Positions 62,079-64,000 of a DNA stretch of 64,000 bases are shown here, in pieces. The stretch spans positions 32,001-96,000 of the forward strand of contig JBFWWG010000004.1 in NCBI GenBank assembly GCA_050246315.1, written 5' to 3'. The stretch's first letter is position 1; each line of letters opens with the position of its first letter. Below the pieces are notes generated by a model, which saw nothing but the letters and a program-made list of their open reading frames with translations, was not told the DNA's origin and ran no database searches. Made by a program: the position numbers and the translations under genes. Source of the DNA: Nitrospiraceae bacterium. GTDB taxonomy: Bacteria; Nitrospirota; Nitrospiria; Nitrospirales; Nitrospiraceae.

Positions 62079-62795
62079 TTACCCGATCTTCCCGGGATAG
62101 AGAATATAGAGCATGGTGTACGTCACGCTTCCCGTGATGAACAGGAGACAATAGATCACCATCGTGAAGGTGCCGAGTGCCCGATGACGGCGCTCGCCAT
62201 TGGGCCACATCCGCTGGATCAGGATCTCAAGACTGAACACGATCGCGAGTACCACGAGGAATCCAAGATACACTTCCAGCTTGCGAAAGGAAAAGCCCGC
62301 GGTCACAACTCGAGAAAGAAACAAACCAACCACAATGCCCGTGATCGATCCGAAGATCAGCCCGATCTTTTTCCAGGACGTCTGAAGAACCGCATCCTTC
62401 AGGACGCGCCGCTCGCTCACGATCGCCTGTGAACGGAACCCCAGGACGATCATATAGATCGCCATCACAATCCCGATGATCACGAGGATGATGTGGAAGG
62501 TCAACAATGGAATGAACACCCCATGATAGAGTGCCTCGGGCCCGCCAAATCCTTCTTTCCCCTCGAATGCCAACACCCCGAGAGAGCGAAACAGATAGTA
62601 GTTCACAAAGAACACCAGCATCGCGATCATGCCGCCGAGCATGAGCCAATGATGAGCATGGCCTTGTTTCCGCTTGGCTTGCACCCACCCCACGATGAAC
62701 AGCGCCGTGAACAGCGTCGCCATCAATTGGCTCAGGTCCGCACCGACCGTCGCGTGCGTGGCAAAAAACCCCGGTTGTCGAAGCCATTCGGTCAT
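62079..62795 (-). CDS. DUF420 family membrane protein
   Basis: HAHHWLM, FGGPE, LLTFHIIL, RRHRALG, TGSVTYTMLY. Confidence 0.85.
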   Translation of the reverse strand: MTEWLRQPGFFATHATVGADLSQLMATLFTALFIVGWVQAKRKQGHAHHWLMLGGMIAMLVFFVNYYLFRSLGVLAFEGKEGFGGPEALYHGVFIPLLTFHIILVIIGIVMAIYMIVLGFRSQAIVSERRVLKDAVLQTSWKKIGLIFGSITGIVVGLFLSRVVTAGFSFRKLEVYLGFLVVLAIVFSLEILIQRMWPNGERRHRALGTFTMVIYCLLFITGSVTYTMLYILYPGKIG

Positions 62796-63787
62796 GGAGT
62801 GTCTGAGGCCGGACGGCGCCCTTGAACCACGGCGGTGGGTTCGAGTTCCTCGGCCGATTCGAATCCGGCTTGGGCCATCCATCCCAAGGCTTCGCTCGTC
62901 TTGTAGCAACGGCCTTGTGCGGTATTGACCAGGATGTGGACCGCGAACGCGGTCGTCCAGGCAGGGGCGGTCCCGCTCTCGGCCAAAAAGCGGTCTTTGA
63001 TGACCAGCCTGCCGCCTGGCAACAGGTGGTGGAAGCATTTCGCGACCAAGGCGGCATTCATCTCAAAGTCCTGATAGTGGAGAATATCGGACATCAGAAT
63101 AAGATCATACGGACCACCCAGCGAGTCGCGGTTGAAATTTCCTCGCCGCAAACGGATGCGGGATTCCATTCCGGCATCTTTCACGATCCGCTCGGTCAGG
63201 CGCAGAGTTTCGGGCAAGTCGAACACGGTGGCCGCCAGGTCGGGATAGGTCTGACAGAACGCCAGCGCATTCGTCCCAGCCCCACCGCCCAAATCCAGCA
63301 TCGTGCGGGCACGTCCCAAATCAAGACGCTTCGCAAATCCGGGGCCGGACTGTTGACCAATGCGATGGAGCACCGACAGCACGTTCGCGCCGAGCTCCGG
63401 ATCCGTTTCGAACACATGCCGATCGACCGACGATCGTCCGGTTCGAATCGCCGTCTCAAGTCGCCCCCAATTCTCCCATTCGGCGTCATGCAGCACCAGG
63501 AGGTGACCGACGTACTGCGGAGATCGTTTTACCAAATGCTGTTGGGCTGCGGAAGAATTGGCATAGCACTCATCCGGCTGAGCCAGCACTCGCATCGCAA
63601 CCAACGCGTTGAGCAGCAGTGCCAAGGTCCCCTCATGCACCTCCAGCTTGGCGGCCACCTCGCCCGCCGTCCGCGCCTTCCCGTCCAAACAGGAAAACAC
63701 GTCCAGCTTCACGGCGGTCAACAAGATTTTCGTTTCCCAATAATACCCAAGCTGGAAAATTTCAGCCAAAGTCAGGTCGCGAGCCAC
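62792..63787 (-). CDS. SAM-dependent O-methyltransferase (dimerisation domain plus Methyltransf_2)
   Basis: LLTAVKLDVFS, LDLGGGAG, VFDLP, GNF, SDILH; probable GTG start at 63787 with GGAG RBS. Confidence 0.92.
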   Translation of the reverse strand: MARDLTLAEIFQLGYYWETKILLTAVKLDVFSCLDGKARTAGEVAAKLEVHEGTLALLLNALVAMRVLAQPDECYANSSAAQQHLVKRSPQYVGHLLVLHDAEWENWGRLETAIRTGRSSVDRHVFETDPELGANVLSVLHRIGQQSGPGFAKRLDLGRARTMLDLGGGAGTNALAFCQTYPDLAATVFDLPETLRLTERIVKDAGMESRIRLRRGNFNRDSLGGPYDLILMSDILHYQDFEMNAALVAKCFHHLLPGGRLVIKDRFLAESGTAPAWTTAFAVHILVNTAQGRCYKTSEALGWMAQAGFESAEELEPTAVVQGRRPASDTP

Positions 63788-64000
63788 GTGTACTCCATCA
63801 GGACGAATTCGGGCATAATACCGAGTCCGTTTGAGCAAAGGCAAGGTCACCACGAGAGAACGGGCTTGAGTGCCCTCCTGTGAAAAGCAAGAGGGCAGCA
63901 ACTCATCCGAGCTGCTGCCCTCCGTCTGTTTCGCCCCTGTCGCGTACGCGGATCAGCGCACGCGCACGATTACTTCTTCACTTGAAAATCAGCCTTCACG

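Noticed and set aside
63970..64000. Probable 3' end of an upstream minus-strand gene (...VKADFQVKK*)
   Set aside because: Too short to assign.

Overview
GC-rich bacterial chromosome segment that looks like Nitrospira (phylum Nitrospirota); this is inferred from gene content, not from a database search. 0.5-14 kb holds housekeeping genes: HDAC-family deacetylase, oligoendopeptidase F, a Fur-boxed bfd, relA/spoT, recJ, an isolated pup and a K+-independent H+-PPase. 14-20.1 kb is a defence islet. An intact type III restriction (Res) gene sits downstream of a methyltransferase (Mod) gene whose catalytic core is missing. In its place is an AT-richer HNH-nuclease plus MazG-like pyrophosphatase cassette, with Mod N- and C-terminal remnants on either side. 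The islet also carries a DUF4258/YgiT toxin-antitoxin-like pair, an in-frame palindromic repeat and a 201-bp MITE with a TTAG target duplication. 20.6-40 kb and 47.9-64 kb form a respiratory/nitrite-oxidoreductase accessory cluster: two pentaheme cytochromes, three NxrC/EbdC-like proteins, a TorD-like chaperone, TatA, a ferredoxin, a radical SAM enzyme, a sigma54 two-component system, MobA, two CydA-like bd-type subunits without CydB, c-type cytochromes and FGE-fold proteins. argS-tgt-yajC-secDF interrupts this cluster. Direct reading also found small membrane-peptide ORFs missing from the ORF track, a perfect sigma70 promoter heading the bd-like operon and a sigma54-like promoter in front of one NxrC-like gene. 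No rRNA, tRNA or CRISPR array was recognised.
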